DNA from: Mobula hypostoma
Lineage: Eukaryota
DNA: 64,000 nt
Assembly: GCF_963921235.1 (NCBI RefSeq)
Contig: NC_086109.1
Coordinates: 27,034,001 to 27,098,000 of the forward strand
Direction of reading: 5' to 3'
Both the position numbers and the translations under genes were made by a program. Of this stretch, positions 38,683-51,772 are shown piece after piece. Below the pieces are notes generated by a model. That model saw only the letters and a program-made list of their open reading frames with translations. It was not told the origin of the DNA and searched no databases. Each line of letters begins with the position of its first letter. Positions within the stretch are counted from its first letter, which is position 1.

Positions 38683-39149
38683 ATATTTAAGCAAAAATGG
38701 ATCAGTTACATTCGTTAATAGCACATTAATTTCCCTAACAGTGGTTAATGCTCAATTGTTCTGGCTCAAATGACTTCTGCAAACACTCCTCAAGTAGAAT
38801 AAAATGTGCACTGTGGAAAATCTGAAAATCGGAGGTAAATATTTATTCAAAGTAATTGGCCGGTGGTCATTTGCATGAAGATAAGTGAGTATCAGTTAAT
38901 ATCTGCAGAGACACAGAATTATAGAAAATTGCATCTCTATGCATTTTACAATTTTGAACATTACATCAAGCATGGACATCAATTTTGAACATGGACATAT
39001 AATATGAAATATTTAATCAAGCCATGGCCATGTAATATAATTAGCTTTGAAGTGTTTTTATTTCATTTGAGAAACCTAACTATCCTTACATTCATTCCAA
39101 ATATGACAAAATGAAGGATTGTTTTAGAACACACTGAGATGGACTGTTA

Positions 39150-40585
39150 ATTGCAAATGTTACTCTGCTATTTAAGAATGGTGGGAGGCGGCAGAAAGGA
39201 AACTATAGACCTGTTAGTTTGACATCACTGGTTAGGAAGTTGTTGGAATCGATTGTTAGGGATGAGATTATAGAATACCTGGAGGCACATGTCAAGATAG
39301 GCCAAAGCCAGCAAGGTTTTCTGAAAGGAAACTTCTGCCTGACAAACCTACTGCAATTTTTTGAGGAAATTACAAGCAGGGTAGACAAAGAAGATGCAAT
39401 AGATGTGGTGTACTTGGTTTTTCAGAAGGCCTTTGACAAAGTGCCACACATGAGGCTGCTTAGCAAAATAACAGCCCATGGAATTACAGGGGAGTTACTA
39501 ACATGGGTGGAGCATTGGCCGATCGGCAGAAAACAGAAAGTGTGAATAAAGGGATCCTATTCTGGCTGGCTGCCGGTTACCAGTGGAGTTCCACAGGGGT
39601 CGGTGTTAGGACAGCTGCTTTTTACGATGTATGTCAATGATTTGGACTATAGGATTAATGGATTTGTGGCAAAGTTTGCCGATGATACAAAGGTAGGTGG
39701 AGGAGCGTGTAGTGTTGAGGAAACAGAGAACCTGCAGAGAGACTTAGATAGTTTATGGGAATGGGCAAAGAAGTGGTAAATGAAATACAATGTTGGAAAG
39801 TGTATGGTCATGCTCTTTGGTGGAAGAAATAAACGGGCAGACTATTATTTAGATGGGAAGAGAATTCAAAATGCAGAGATGCAAAGGGACTTGAGAGTCC
39901 TTGTGCAGGATACCCTAAAGATTAACCTCCAGGTTGAGATGGTGGTGAAGAAGGCGAATGCAATGTTGGCATTTATTCCTAGAGGAATAGAATATAAGAG
40001 CAAGGATGTGATGTTGAGGCTCTATAAGGCCCTTGTGAGACCACACTTGAAGTATAGTGTGAAGTTTTGGGAAAGGATATACTGATATTGGAGAGAGTTC
40101 AGAGAATATTCATGAGAATGATTCCAGGAATGAAAGGGTTACTGTATGAGGAATGTCTGGCAGCTCTTGGGCTGTATTCACTGGAGTTCAGGAGAATGAG
40201 GGGGTATCTCACAGAAACATTCCAAATGTTAAAAGACCTGAACAGATTAGATGTGGCAAAGTTAGTTCCCATGGTAGGGGAGTCTAGAACAAGAGGGCAC
40301 AACTTCAGGATTGAAGGATAGAGATGTGGAGAAATTACTTTAGTCAGAGGGTGGTGAATCTGTGCAATTTGTTGCCACGAGCGGCTGTGGAGGCCAAGTC
40401 ATTGAGTGCATTAAAGGCAAAGATAGATAGGTTCTTGATTAGCCAGGGCATCAAAGAGTATGGGGAGAAGCAGGGGAGTGGGGATGACTGGAAGAATTGG
40501 ATCAGCCCATGATTGAATGGCGGAGCAGACTTGATGGGCCAAATGACCTACTTCTGCTCCTATATCTTATGGTCTTATGGTCTTA
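39150..40585 (+). pseudogene. CR1 LINE RT region and 3' end
   Basis: NYRPVSLTS, QQGF...CLTNL, FQKAFDKVPH, GVPQGSVLG, KFADDTK; (CTTATGGT)n tail; several stops. Confidence 0.95.
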
Positions 40586-41139
40586 ACTAGCTGCTAATCC
40601 TTCAACCATATTTTCAACATGGAACCAGGATCACATATGTTGACTCTGATTATTTAGTTGCCAATAAAAGTCAAGTGTTTTAAAGGCTGAAATTTGAAAA
40701 AGAAATTGCAAGGAAGATATTTACATTTATATGACTGAAGCTGGAAAAGAAATAAAAATATGGATAGCAATTGCAATGTTATTGTTGCAGCAGATATGTC
40801 TTTATGGTGGATTACAACCTCACAAATCAAAACAGAAGCATGGCTTTGGGAGCATGTGGTGCCTTTACTCATAGCGGTAAGGATGGAGAAATCAGTGCTA
40901 CTCTGTTTTTTTCCCACTAATTAACCTGCACTTGCATGAGATTTGTCCCCCCATTGAGAATTACACTGCTTTATTCTTTAATTAAACATGCATTCATAAA
41001 AACTCATACAAAATATTTCAAGTTACCTGAGAAATGCATGATAGCTGTTGATTAGTTTCAAGAAGCCAGATTAAGATTTTTTGAAGGAAAACTTTTAGAG
41101 GTTGGAAATATGAATTTGCCTATTCATTCGGAGACTTGA

Positions 41140-41310
41140 TTAGATCAGATTAGAGTAGATTCAACTTTATTGTCATTGTGCCAAGTACAGATACAAAGCC
41201 AATGAAATGCAGTTAGCATCTAACCAGAAATGCAAAGAATAGTGTGATTTACAGAATAACTGCGAATAAAAAGTAAGTGCTACAGCACACAAATATAAAA
41301 GTACTGAGAG
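41140..41310 (-). mobile_element. LINE 3' tail fragment
   Basis: (TTAGA)-like repeat then TTCAACTTTATTGTCATTG (minus-strand AATAAA). Confidence 0.55.
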
Positions 41311-41796
41311 GTTGAAAGGTTATTTGTCCAAAAAGTAAGATATTTGCAAATTACATATTACATTTTTATTTCTCTTTGTTCATTTGGTGCATCTGCCTAT
41401 TTTTTTCTGCAGAAATTATTCAAATATTGCCTTGCTATCACCTTGACGACTTGTGTTGATTCAGTTTAGGTTGCAATCACTTCACTTTCCTGGAGAGGAA
41501 ATCATAATCAAATGTTGGATGAAGGCTAGAGATATTTTAAATATGTATGATCAAGTTAAATGCAGTTAAGGTATTCTTGTAAAGACACAATTTTCCCTCA
41601 TTTCTTTTGCAGTATTATTAGTTGTCAACTCTTTTACTTAAAAAAATAGGAAACAGCATAGTGGTGCAATAGTCAAGCTGCTGCTTTTTTATCACTGGAG
41701 ACCTGGGTTCAATCTGACCTTAGTTGCTGTTTATGTGGAGGTGGCATGTTCTCCTTGTGACCACTTCTATTTCATCTGGGTGCTCCATTTTCATCT

Positions 41797-42162
41797 GGAT
41801 GCTGTCTAAGTTACAGTCCATCTAGGTCAATGTCTCCCATCCACTACATAATGTACTGGGTGGGCAGAGGAGTACATTCAGCCAGAGACTCATTCATCCG
41901 AGATGCAGCACAGAGCGTTACAGGAAGTCATTCCTGCCTGTGGCCATCAAACTTTACAACGCCTCCCTTGGAGGGTCAGACACCCTGAGCCGATAGGCTG
42001 GTCCTGAACTTATTTCATAACGTACTGGCATAATTTACATATTACTATTTAACTATTTATGGTTCTATTACTATTTATTATTTATGGTGCAACTGTAACG
42101 AAAGCCAATTTCCCCCGGGATCAATAAAGTATGACTATGACTATGACTATGACTATGACTAT
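41797..42162 (+). mobile_element. Rex1-type 3' fragment with (TATGAC)n tail
   Basis: Near-identical to ~3807-4165. Confidence 0.92.
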
Positions 42163-42305
42163 TTTCCTCCCATGTTCCAAGGGCATGTGGTTTGACAGGT
42201 TAACTGGCCATTGCAAGTTGCCCTCTATGCTTACTTGAGTGACAGAAGTTTAGATGCATAAATGAGAATGGAAGGAGAATTGAAAACGAACGTAGAAATA
42301 GCGTA

Positions 42306-42535
42306 AACAACAGGAATTCTGCAGATGCTGGAAATTCAAGCAACATACATCAAAGTTGCTGGTGAACGCAGCAGGCCAAGCAGCATCTATAGGAAGAGGC
42401 GCAGTCGCGTTTCAGGCCGAGACCCTTCGTCAGGTCTAGTCCTGACGAAGGGTCTCGGCCTGAAACGTCGACTGCGCCTCTTCCTATAGATGCTGCTTGG
42501 CCTGCTGCGTTCACCAGCAACTTTGATGTATGTTG
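42306..42535. mobile_element. Penelope pLTR-derived palindromic element
   Basis: Spacerless palindrome 42341-42535 centred on CTAG (42436-42439); TSD GTAGAAATAGCGTA (42292-42305 / 42535-42548). Confidence 0.92.
42438..42473 (+). ncRNA. Minimal type-I hammerhead ribozyme motif
   Basis: AGTC-CTGACGA-AGG(GTCTCGG)CCT-GAAAC-GTC-GACT; predicted cleavage after C42469. Confidence 0.75.
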
Positions 42536-43596
42536 TAGAAATAGCGTAGATGGGTGCTTGGTGGATTTGATGGGCTCGTTGACCATTCATCAACTGTTCT
42601 GTGTTTGGCAGTTCACTGCACAACTCTTAATTGATCAAAGCTTGCATTTTATTGTCTCTGCACAAATATCAACGTAATGATGTTGGCTCCAGGCCAACAA
42701 CTTAAAACACAAATTCTGTCCCTCTGTACCAACACTCACTCAGACCTGTCCCATTGGCCAAATGATTGATCCTTCTTCTCCCAGAACCTGGCATGGGGGC
42801 TCCTCCTTGCAATCGTTAGTCTCCAGATCTTGCTGCTTTGCATTTGATGCCCCTCATTCTTATACTCCTTTTTTTTACCAGTTCAAATGACGTGTTTCAA
42901 TCTCATTGGCTCAAGGTCATCTGACCGATCTGGCTCAGATTGGATGTAGACAAGGGCTAGACAACTCTGCGCCTTCGTTGACTTCTTTTTGTTCTATTCA
43001 ACTCTGGTACAAACCAGTCACACCAGCTCATCCAGACGCTGGAATGAGACAAGGAGATTGTTTCTCCAAACTTGCTATTGTACACAATAGACAGCTTGTC
43101 TGAGAATGGTCTCAGGTTTAACAGGTCATTAGCAGAAGCTCCTTGTGTCCACATTCAATTGCTCTGATTAAGTTATCCTACAGCAAGAATCAGTTCATCA
43201 AACAGTTCAGTAAGACATCTATTAACTGGGCTGCACAGTCCCTCAGAACCTGACCTGGTATGTTATCTGGCCCTACAGTTTTGCATGAGTTTACCCTGGC
43301 TATGGTTGTCACCACCTCGGCTGCTGCCAGACAGGGTGCCTGTCCCTCAGGAAGTGAGGGGCTTTCCCCAATGTCACATCATTCAATTGGTCAAATTGTG
43401 TATAGAAAGAATTCGGCCTATCAGGAAGGGAGGCGTTGCTGTTGTTGACGGGCAGGGTGGACTTGTAATTGATTAAGGTTTGAGATACACGATTACCTAT
43501 GACCGGAAATGCATCCTCACATCTGCCAGAAGTACAAGTCTATAGCTCCCTGAAGTAAGTAACTAGATTAAAGAAGGCATATGGATACTTAGTTAC

Positions 43597-44150
43597 AAAG
43601 AAACTACAGCACAGAAACAGACCCTTTGGCCCATCTAGTCCATGCCGAAACATTTAAACTGCCTAGTCCCATTGGCCTGCATCTGGACCATAGCCCTCCA
43701 TATCCCTCCCATCCATGTACCTATCCAAACCTCTTAAATGTTGAAATCAAAATCGCATCCACCACTTGTACTGGCAGCTTGGTTAATACTCTCACCACCC
43801 TCTGAGTGAAGAAGTTTCTCCTCACGTTCCCCTTAAATATTTCACCTTTCACCCTTAACCTATAACCTCTAGTTGCAGTCTCAGCCGATCTCAGTGGAAA
43901 AAGCCTGCTTGCATTTACCCTATCCAAAAACCTCTATCAAATCTCCCCTCAATCTTCTATGTTCTAGGGATTAAGGTTATAACCTATGTAATCTTTCCTT
44001 ATAACTCAGGTCCTCCAGTCCCAGCAACATCCTTGCAAATTTTCTCTGTACTCTTTCGACCTTATTTGCATCTTTCCTGTAGGTAGGTGACCAAGACGCC
44101 ACACAACACTCCAAATTAGGCCTTATCTAACTTCAACGTAACGTCCCAGA
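43597..44150 (-). mobile_element. CR1 LINE 3' fragment
   Basis: MDRVNASRLFPL...TRGYRLRVKG...RRNFFTQRVV. Confidence 0.85.
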
Positions 44151-44358
44151 TCGAGTCCACAGCATTTATTATCAGTTGATTGAGGGATTACAAAAGCTGT
44201 CAGGGGATGTTGAAACTGTATAAGACACTCATTAGGCCATAATTCTGTGTTGTTCTGGTTGCTGCGTTATGGCTGGAGGCTTTGGAGAGGGTGCAGAAGA
44301 GGGCTGCCTGGATGTTGCCTGGATTGAAGAGTGTTAACTATCAGGTGATCTACTAAAC

Positions 44359-46192
44359 CAGGGGTAGACAACCTACAGCCCACGAAGGTATTTTGACCAG
44401 CCCGCGAGCAAATATTGGGATACTATGCTTATCTGGCCCACGAGCAAGTTTTCCTTATTCTGAGTGTTTCACACGACCACACTGAGGGACATGCATGGCG
44501 TCTTGTTTCACTGGCCCCAGGTTCCATTTTGTTCCAAACCAAACACTGGTATATACGAAAGACGGGAAGGCAGACTACCTTATTAATACGTATTAGATAC
44601 TCCCCGTGCATGCACAGATTTTCAGATGGGATCGTTCAAATCTGTAAACAGAGACAGCGCCACTGTGTTTTAACAAGAAATCCACGTTAAATATCCAGAT
44701 ATTTACATGTGCTACAATATTTGTCGAATAACTCGCGTTTCGAAATAAAATTGAAGAAAAAAATTCCAATGGCAATGAATGCAAAACGCAGGGAGGTAGA
44801 CACTGAGTGCTGAAATTTCCAAGACACTTGGACGCTTGGACACTAGATTACTTCTTCATCAAGCAAGCTGGGAAACCAGTTTGTCTCATTTGTCTGGAAA
44901 ATGTTGCTGTTGTTACGAGAATACACATAAAATTAAGATGTTTGCTGGCCTGGGTTAGCATCAGTGACATCAGCAGTTGGTCTGCCACCTGCCCTCAGGG
45001 GAAGGAGAGATAAGGAACAATGGAGCAGCGTCTGGAGATGTGTAATGAAGGGACGTGGGAGAGAGAGAGCTGTCTGGAGCGGCTCCACCTTTGAACCCTG
45101 AACTGTTTGAAGTGGTGGACAGGCGATACCCCAGCAGGGGGATAAAAAGGGACAGGTTCGCTAAGACAGACACACGCCACCCGAGGTAATGAGACCCTGG
45201 AAGCGGTGCGCCTCTCACGAGTGGGTGAGAAGTACCAGACAACGACCAGGGTGGAAAGGTACGATCAGTGGGAACCCGGTGTTTGTCCGCCCTTGCCTGG
45301 GTGCCGGGTTCACTGCAGAGGATCGAACGCATCTGGAGGAGGGGTCACAGTTGGTGACCTCAGGTGACATCACCAAGGACCCGCCCAAAAGTTGCTTGTG
45401 AGCAATCTCGCCGGTCTGTGAGTGAAGCAGTGTTCTGAATGATCAGTTGTTCCTGTTCTATCTCTCTCTTCCCCCACGTTGTCCATCACCATGGCAACGA
45501 TTACTGCGAACTGAACTGGACTGAACTTTGAGTCATTTTGAAATTTGGTCATTTACCCCTAGACAACGATAGAGCTTGATTGATGCTGTTATCTTAATTC
45601 TGTGCACATGTGTGTTTATCATCGCTGAACTGTTGCATTTATTATCCTTTCGATTACTGTGTTGCTTGTTTCTTTAATAAAACTTCCTTAGTTCTAGTAC
45701 TCCAGACTCCAACTGAGTGATCCATTTCTGCTGGTTTGGCAACCCAGTTACGCGGTACGTAACACTGTGAAGAAGGTGGCAAATATCAGACGCCATAGTG
45801 GAAATTTTAACAAGTTTACTGGGCAAGCAAGGAAAGATGAAGTTGAATGAATGAAGGCTAGTTTCGGAACAAACAGCATCAAGTTTCACATTGATTTATC
45901 GACTGTTTGCATTAAAATTTTCTTTTTTATTTAACTTAATTTACCACGATTCATTTTGTCCTTTTAATAGATTCAAAAGATACCTTGATTGAAGTAAATT
46001 GCAACTAAACTGAGTTCTTTGATTACTAATTGGCATCCTTGGTTAAGCGCAAATGATTTTCTAGCATGCGTTATTGATTAATTTGAGGCAAAACATAACT
46101 AGATGTATTTAGATGGATAATTCCCATATTTCAGGTTTTTTATGGTATTTCTGGGATCCGGCCCACAGAGGCAAAAAGGTTGCCAACCCCTG
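44359..46192 (+). mobile_element. hAT (Charlie/SPIN-like) DNA transposon, deletion derivative
   Basis: TIRs CAGGGGTAGACAACC / CAGGGGTTGGCAACC, perfect 8-bp TSD TACTAAAC (44351-44358 / 46193-46200); N-terminal remnant WTLDYFFIKQAGKPVCLICLENVAV. Confidence 0.9.
44911..45764 (+). mobile_element. Solo LTR (Gypsy-like) inserted in the hAT transposase
   Basis: TGTTACG...CGTAACA termini, 4-bp TSD CTGT; homologous to 5355-6206. Confidence 0.92.
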
Positions 46193-47149
46193 TACTAAAC
46201 TGTTCTAACACAATTCACGAGACGGAAAGCAATTTCCAGAAGCGTATCTGCTCATTACCACATCACAAGAATGATTACACTTCAAAACTCCCTCATTCGA
46301 GTGCTTTGGGAGCTCATGAAAGCATTATATACGGTAAATACTAGTCTTTTTTTCATTCTCTGCCTGTCCCAGCTTGTTTAACCTACTTGTTTTTTTTACC
46401 ATTTGTTTACAGTTTAGTTTGTTTCATTATCTGGGCTTGTTCTGTACATGGTTATTTTTAATATACCATAACTAATAAACAACAATCAATCTACTGTAGA
46501 TACTGGTATTGGTGTAAGAAATACTGCCCAGAGGAGATTTTCACTTAGGAAGCAATTTATTGATTTGCTGGAGCTATAACACACATACAATTTGGGAATA
46601 AAAGATTTTATTTACAGTCAATGTAAAGGTGAGGGATGCAGGCAGTAGTCCACATACATTTCAAATTATTCTGTGACTTCTGCTTTTTGACTGTTTTTAG
46701 AGCACTTCAAAAAACGTAGCGGTTCACTGCAGAATTTTTTTAAAATTACAGCCTGGCAATTTAAGAATGATATCAAGCCTTCACACTAAATATTGTGAGA
46801 ATCTGTTACACCCTACTCAAAAAGCTGGGGTTGTGAGTGTGATCAATAACATGTTGTATTCAGTAATAATCAACAGTTTCTTGCTATGGTATGAAGTGAA
46901 ATGTACAAAGAGGCAGGCAGGCAGGCATACAAATGACAACCGAACAGCAAATAGGTTTTCAAGATTGGGTGGACATCATTTTCAGATGATTGGCAAAATC
47001 ACTTAATTGATAGAAGGCTTTTTGCCCCTGATAGCTTTTACCACATTAAAACTAACCACCAGAGATTAGAGCTGTGCATAACTTGCCTGAAGCATGCACT
47101 TAGAAAATTGTAGGAAAATCAAGCAGCATTTTCATGTTTTTTTTAATAT

Positions 47150-49290
47150 GAAAGAGAAATCATGATTGACAAATTTGCCAAGGTTTTTTGATGTTGTAAC
47201 AAAAAGAGTGGATAAAGAGAAAAAGATGTAGTGTAAATGGATTTTGATAAAATGTCACATGTAAGGTTTGAGATATGGGCACAAAGCAGCTGGGGGCAGT
47301 ATATTGCATGAACAGGGGATCATCAATCTAACAGAAAGAAGAGAGTCAGGACAAATGGGTAATATTTGAATTGGCCATCTGTAATTAATAGGGTGACAGA
47401 GAGATAATTTCTAGTCCCTCAACTATTTATTGGAATGGAATTGATTTATTATTGTCACATGTACTGAGGTACAGTGAGAAGCTCGTCTTGTCTAATGTTC
47501 ATTGAGATCAATTCATTACACAGCACATTGAGGCTGTACAAGATAAAACAATAACAAAATGCATAATAAAGTGTATCCACTACAGAGAAAGTGTAGTGTA
47601 GGTATACAATAAGGTGAAAGATCATAACTTGGGAACTATTCAGTAGCCTTCTAACAGCAGGATATAAGTTGCCCTCAAGCCTGGTAGGTACACGCTTTCG
47701 GGCTTTTTAAAAATCTTCTGCCCAATGGAAAGGAGAGAAATTCAGTAGTGGATGGAGCCTTTGATTATGCTGGCTACTTTACTGAGGCAGCGAGAAGTAT
47801 AGACAGATCTATGGAGAGAAGGTTGGTTTCTATGATATGCTGGGGTGTGTCCACAATCCTCTGTAGTTTCTTGCCGTTATGGGCAGAGTAGTTGTCATAC
47901 CAAGCCATGATGTACCTAAACAGGATGCTTTCCATGGTGCATCAATAAAAAATTGGTGAGGATCAAAGTCCTGAGGAAGTAGAGGTGTTGGTGAGCTTTC
48001 TTGTCTGTGGCATCTATGGTGGCATGACCAATCCAGGCCATTAGTAATCTTCATTCCTAGAAGCTTAAAGTTCTTAACACTCTCAACTTCAACACCATGG
48101 ATGCTGACAAGAGCACGTGCAAAACCCCATTTCTGAAGTCAATGACCAGTTCTTTTGTTTTGCTGACATTGAGGGAAAAATTTTCGTCATGACACAATAT
48201 CACTCTCCTTCCTGTACTCAGACTCATCATTACTTGAGGTGGTATCATCTGCAAACTTGTAGATAGAGTTAGAAGAGAATCTGGTCATATAGTAGATAGT
48301 GTACAAGGAGCAGAGTTAGGGGGCTGAGGATGCCAGTGTTTATAATAATTGTGACAGAGCTGGTCCTGCCTGTCTGTACTGTTTGCGATGGTTATAATCC
48401 TGATTAACAATTCAGTCAGTGATCAAATGTCACTGAAGCCAAGTTTGCTAACAATATTAAGGGAGATGAAGTAGCAAGTCATGTTCAGGTCACAAGGAAG
48501 CTGTAAGTTGATTCCAATAGTTTAAGTGAGTGGGAATAAGTTGACAGATGGAGTACAATATGAGATTATCTGCTTTGGAAGGAAGAGTGAAACTGTAGCA
48601 AAATGCTACAGGATAAAACATTTCCCATAAAACACAGATGTCTGGTATGGTACAGCAAGTAATTAGAAAGACCAATACATTGTTGGCCTTCTTGCAGTGA
48701 ATCTGTAGTAAGCTTTGATGAAGTTTTGTTTGGTTTTGGTGAGAATGCACCTGGAATATTGAGTATAGTTTGGTCTCCCCATTTTAGGAATGAAGATCTT
48801 GCATTGGAAGTGCACAAGATGGATTCTAAGTATGACAGGATTGACACATGAAGAGAGATTGATCAGGCTAAGCCTGTACCTACTGCAGTGTACGAAGAGG
48901 AAGGAGAAGTTGATTATACTGAAAGATCCTGAAGGAAGTTAACAGGTTGGATGCTGAGAAGATGTCTTCTGCAGTGGAGTCATCTAGAGCTGGGGGAGGG
49001 AGGCGCATTGTTTCAGAATAGGGGATTACCAGTTTCAGATGGCGAGGAACACGTGTTTTCTGTTACGGAGCCATGAACCTTTTCAATTCTTTGCCCAGAG
49101 AGTTGTGGAGGCAGAATCAGTGATTAGTTTCAAGGAGATCAAAGGATATTTAAAGTATGGTGGGGTCAAGGATATGGAGACAGAACGGGAAAATGGAGTT
49201 GAGGCTAACATTGGATCAGTATGATTTAGTTTGTGGGGGGGGGGGGGTGCAAATTAGCCTCCTCCGACTCCTGTCCCATATTTGCTTATG
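47150..49290 (+). mobile_element. Old CR1 RT remnant interrupted by an antisense Rex1 fragment (~47432-48385)
   Basis: CR1 traces (TCATGATTGACAAATTTG; GCCAAGTTTGCTAAC; FAQRVVEAES); insert encodes FSLNVSKTKELVIDFR on the minus strand. Confidence 0.7.
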
Positions 49291-50139
49291 TTCTTCTCTC
49301 ATTCCTGAGTATACATTGCTACCATATGTGTATGCTGTAGACAATATGCCTGTAAGGGAAGCAACAAAATCCTGGAACTCTCTCCCTAACAACATTGTGG
49401 GTACACCCACACCTGAAGGACTGCAGCAATTCATAAAGGCAAATCACCATAACTTCTCCAAGGTAGTTAGGAATGTGCATTGGCTCTTCCTGTAAAGATC
49501 ACATGCCTTGAATGAATCATAAGGGCTGGAGCTATTGCTAGAATGCTAAACTGCTAAGTACAAGAAGTTGCATTGAACTGAGCCTGGTCCTGTCAGAGAA
49601 AGTGAGGGTCAAATTTCTGGGTATTTGTTTTTTAAAGTATGTCAACAAAATTCCTTCATTTTGAGGAATTTTGCAAGTTTCTTTGAAGGATATCAGAATC
49701 AGTATTAGTATTGGTTCAGCTTCAGTTTTGTACTCGAGAAAAATCTAATCCTGTTCACCACATTTACAAACGTAATTGTCTGTGCACGAATGTGCATATG
49801 AATTGTGATTGCATTGTAAAGCTCCCATGTTCAGTCTGTAAAGTGATCCTGAGCATTTTGTTGCTTGTCATTTTAATTCTCCATCTGCTCTCATATTGAT
49901 GTATAAGGCTATGTCCTTCTGCACTGTCACAACAAGACTCAAAGTTAGCTTGAGGGATAACTCCTCAGCTTCTGTCTTGACAAGTTGCGGCATTCTGAAT
50001 TCTATAATGTTCCACAACTGTAACTTAATTTCTCCCTCTTTATGTCAGCTTCCCAGTCTGTCTCTCATCATTAGCACAGACTGACCTCTCACAGCTCAGC
50101 ATCTCGCTACATTGCTTGGTTGCAGCAGCCTCTTCAGGC

Positions 50140-50720
50140 CCAACAAATGGTGCAAATGTTTGTCTTAGATGTTTTACTTGTGATCACAAGACTCTGTTAG
50201 GTATTGGTATACATAACACTGCAAGTCCAGTTCATTGGTGAGACTGACAGTGGTGGATCTAAGTGGTGTTGGGTTGCTGCGCAGACCAGGCCTACATGCC
50301 ATGCATCACCTGTTGCAGCCACCCAAGGGAAGAGGTGTCAGAGGTGGTGTGAGTAAGAACAGAGGCACAGTGGGTGTGCTGGAGTCTGCACTGGGTTGGG
50401 GGCTGGCCCCTGCAAGCTGGCTCTTCCATTGTTGGCTCCCTGGAAGATATACTGAATTGCTTTCATCCGTGGCTGAGCCAGTCCAAGATGATAAACTGCT
50501 GTGTACTTGTTCTTGCAGAAACATGGCTCCAGAACAACATACCATGACCATCAATCTTCAGGCCTTGCCATTCAGGGGCTCATACTAATATTATGTTGTG
50601 AATGTGTGTGCTATCATACTATAAATTCTGTGTGCTGTGTGTGACAGTATGTCCTGTGTTTTGCATATTAGTCCTGGAGAAATGATGTTTCATTTAGCTG
50701 CATACAAATAAACTTGATCT
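50140..50720 (+). mobile_element. Probable non-autonomous retroposon
   Basis: GC-richer block starting AAATGGTGC and ending AATAAACTTGATCTT. Confidence 0.45.
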
Positions 50721-50799
50721 TACACATCAGTGTCTGTATTATCACTCTCTAACAATTATCACTAACCTTTTATATATCCCTATGGCAACCCTGACTAGT

Positions 50800-51135
50800 G
50801 CTAGCCTCATCCTATCCTATTCCCTTTGCCTTATTTTTCCCTCTCCCACTTAAAATTAACTTGCTTTCCTCTTTCCTAATTCCAAGGAAGGTTAATTCTG
50901 TTGCTCTTTGGAAGATGTTCCCTGACTTGCGATGTGTTTCCAGCACTTTCTATTTTTATTACATTGCTTTGAATTTGATATATTGCTCAATATCAAATTA
51001 TAGAACTCTATTCTGTTTCCACCTCCTTCGTTTCCAGTCCTCCTCAAGGGGCTCAGCCTGAAATGTTGACTATTTATTTCCCTCCAAAAATTTGTGTGTG
51101 TTGCTCAAGATTTCCAGCTTCTGCAAAGTTCTTGA
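50800..51135 (+). mobile_element. Penelope pLTR remnants
   Basis: CCAGTCCTCCTCAAGGGGCTCAGCCTGAAATGTTGACT (decayed hammerhead), GATTTCCAGCTTCTGCA. Confidence 0.6.
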
Positions 51136-51692
51136 GACTCTACACGATCTTTCTGAATGGATTTTAAATCCACATCATGGCAGAAATTCATGTGTAAGAT
51201 GAGATTACTTCTAGATTGGTTCATGCATAAATCCACCGTTGCATCCGGAGATGATATTGTCTAGAAGGTTCTTTGGAATTCAATAATGTGTTGCAAATCT
51301 TGTGACAGCAGCCATTTTATTAGGTGTTTATAACAATGAAATAACAGTGACCAACACAGCAGCAGGTAACTAATTCTACCTGTAACCTATAACTGTAAGT
51401 AAGCAAGAACTGAAGAAAGACAGAATCTTGCCTTAGGATTGCCTTTATACTGAAAAATTAGCTCAGGAAGATGAAGGAGATTCTTTTGATAAGAACAACC
51501 TATGAGACAATGAGGTCTGTCTCAATGGATGCATGGCATAGTCTTGCAGACAAAGAAACTAGACAAAATGCAGAACCAGCTATACTACAAATTATTGAAA
51601 ATACTCTGAACATTTATAGACAAATTGGCAATTATATAAAAATACAAGCAAGAATAAAGGAAGTTTAACTACAAAAAAAATGCAATTTAGAT

Positions 51693-51772
51693 CAGGGGCT
51701 CACAAGTTGGGGTCCATGGACACCTTACTTATTGGTATTGATCCATGGAATAAAAAAGATTAGGAACCCCTA
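51693..51772. mobile_element. 80-bp hAT MITE
   Basis: CAGGGGCTCACAA...TTAGGAACCCCTA ends; 8-bp TSD ATTTAGAT / ATTTAGAC. Confidence 0.75.

Larger units (their letters stand above)
41653..42605 (+). mobile_element. V-SINE/HE1-like SINE hosting two younger insertions
   Basis: GACCTGGGTTCAATC head; core resumes at TTTTCCTCCCATGTTCCAAA (~42162); tail resumes after 42548. Confidence 0.75.
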
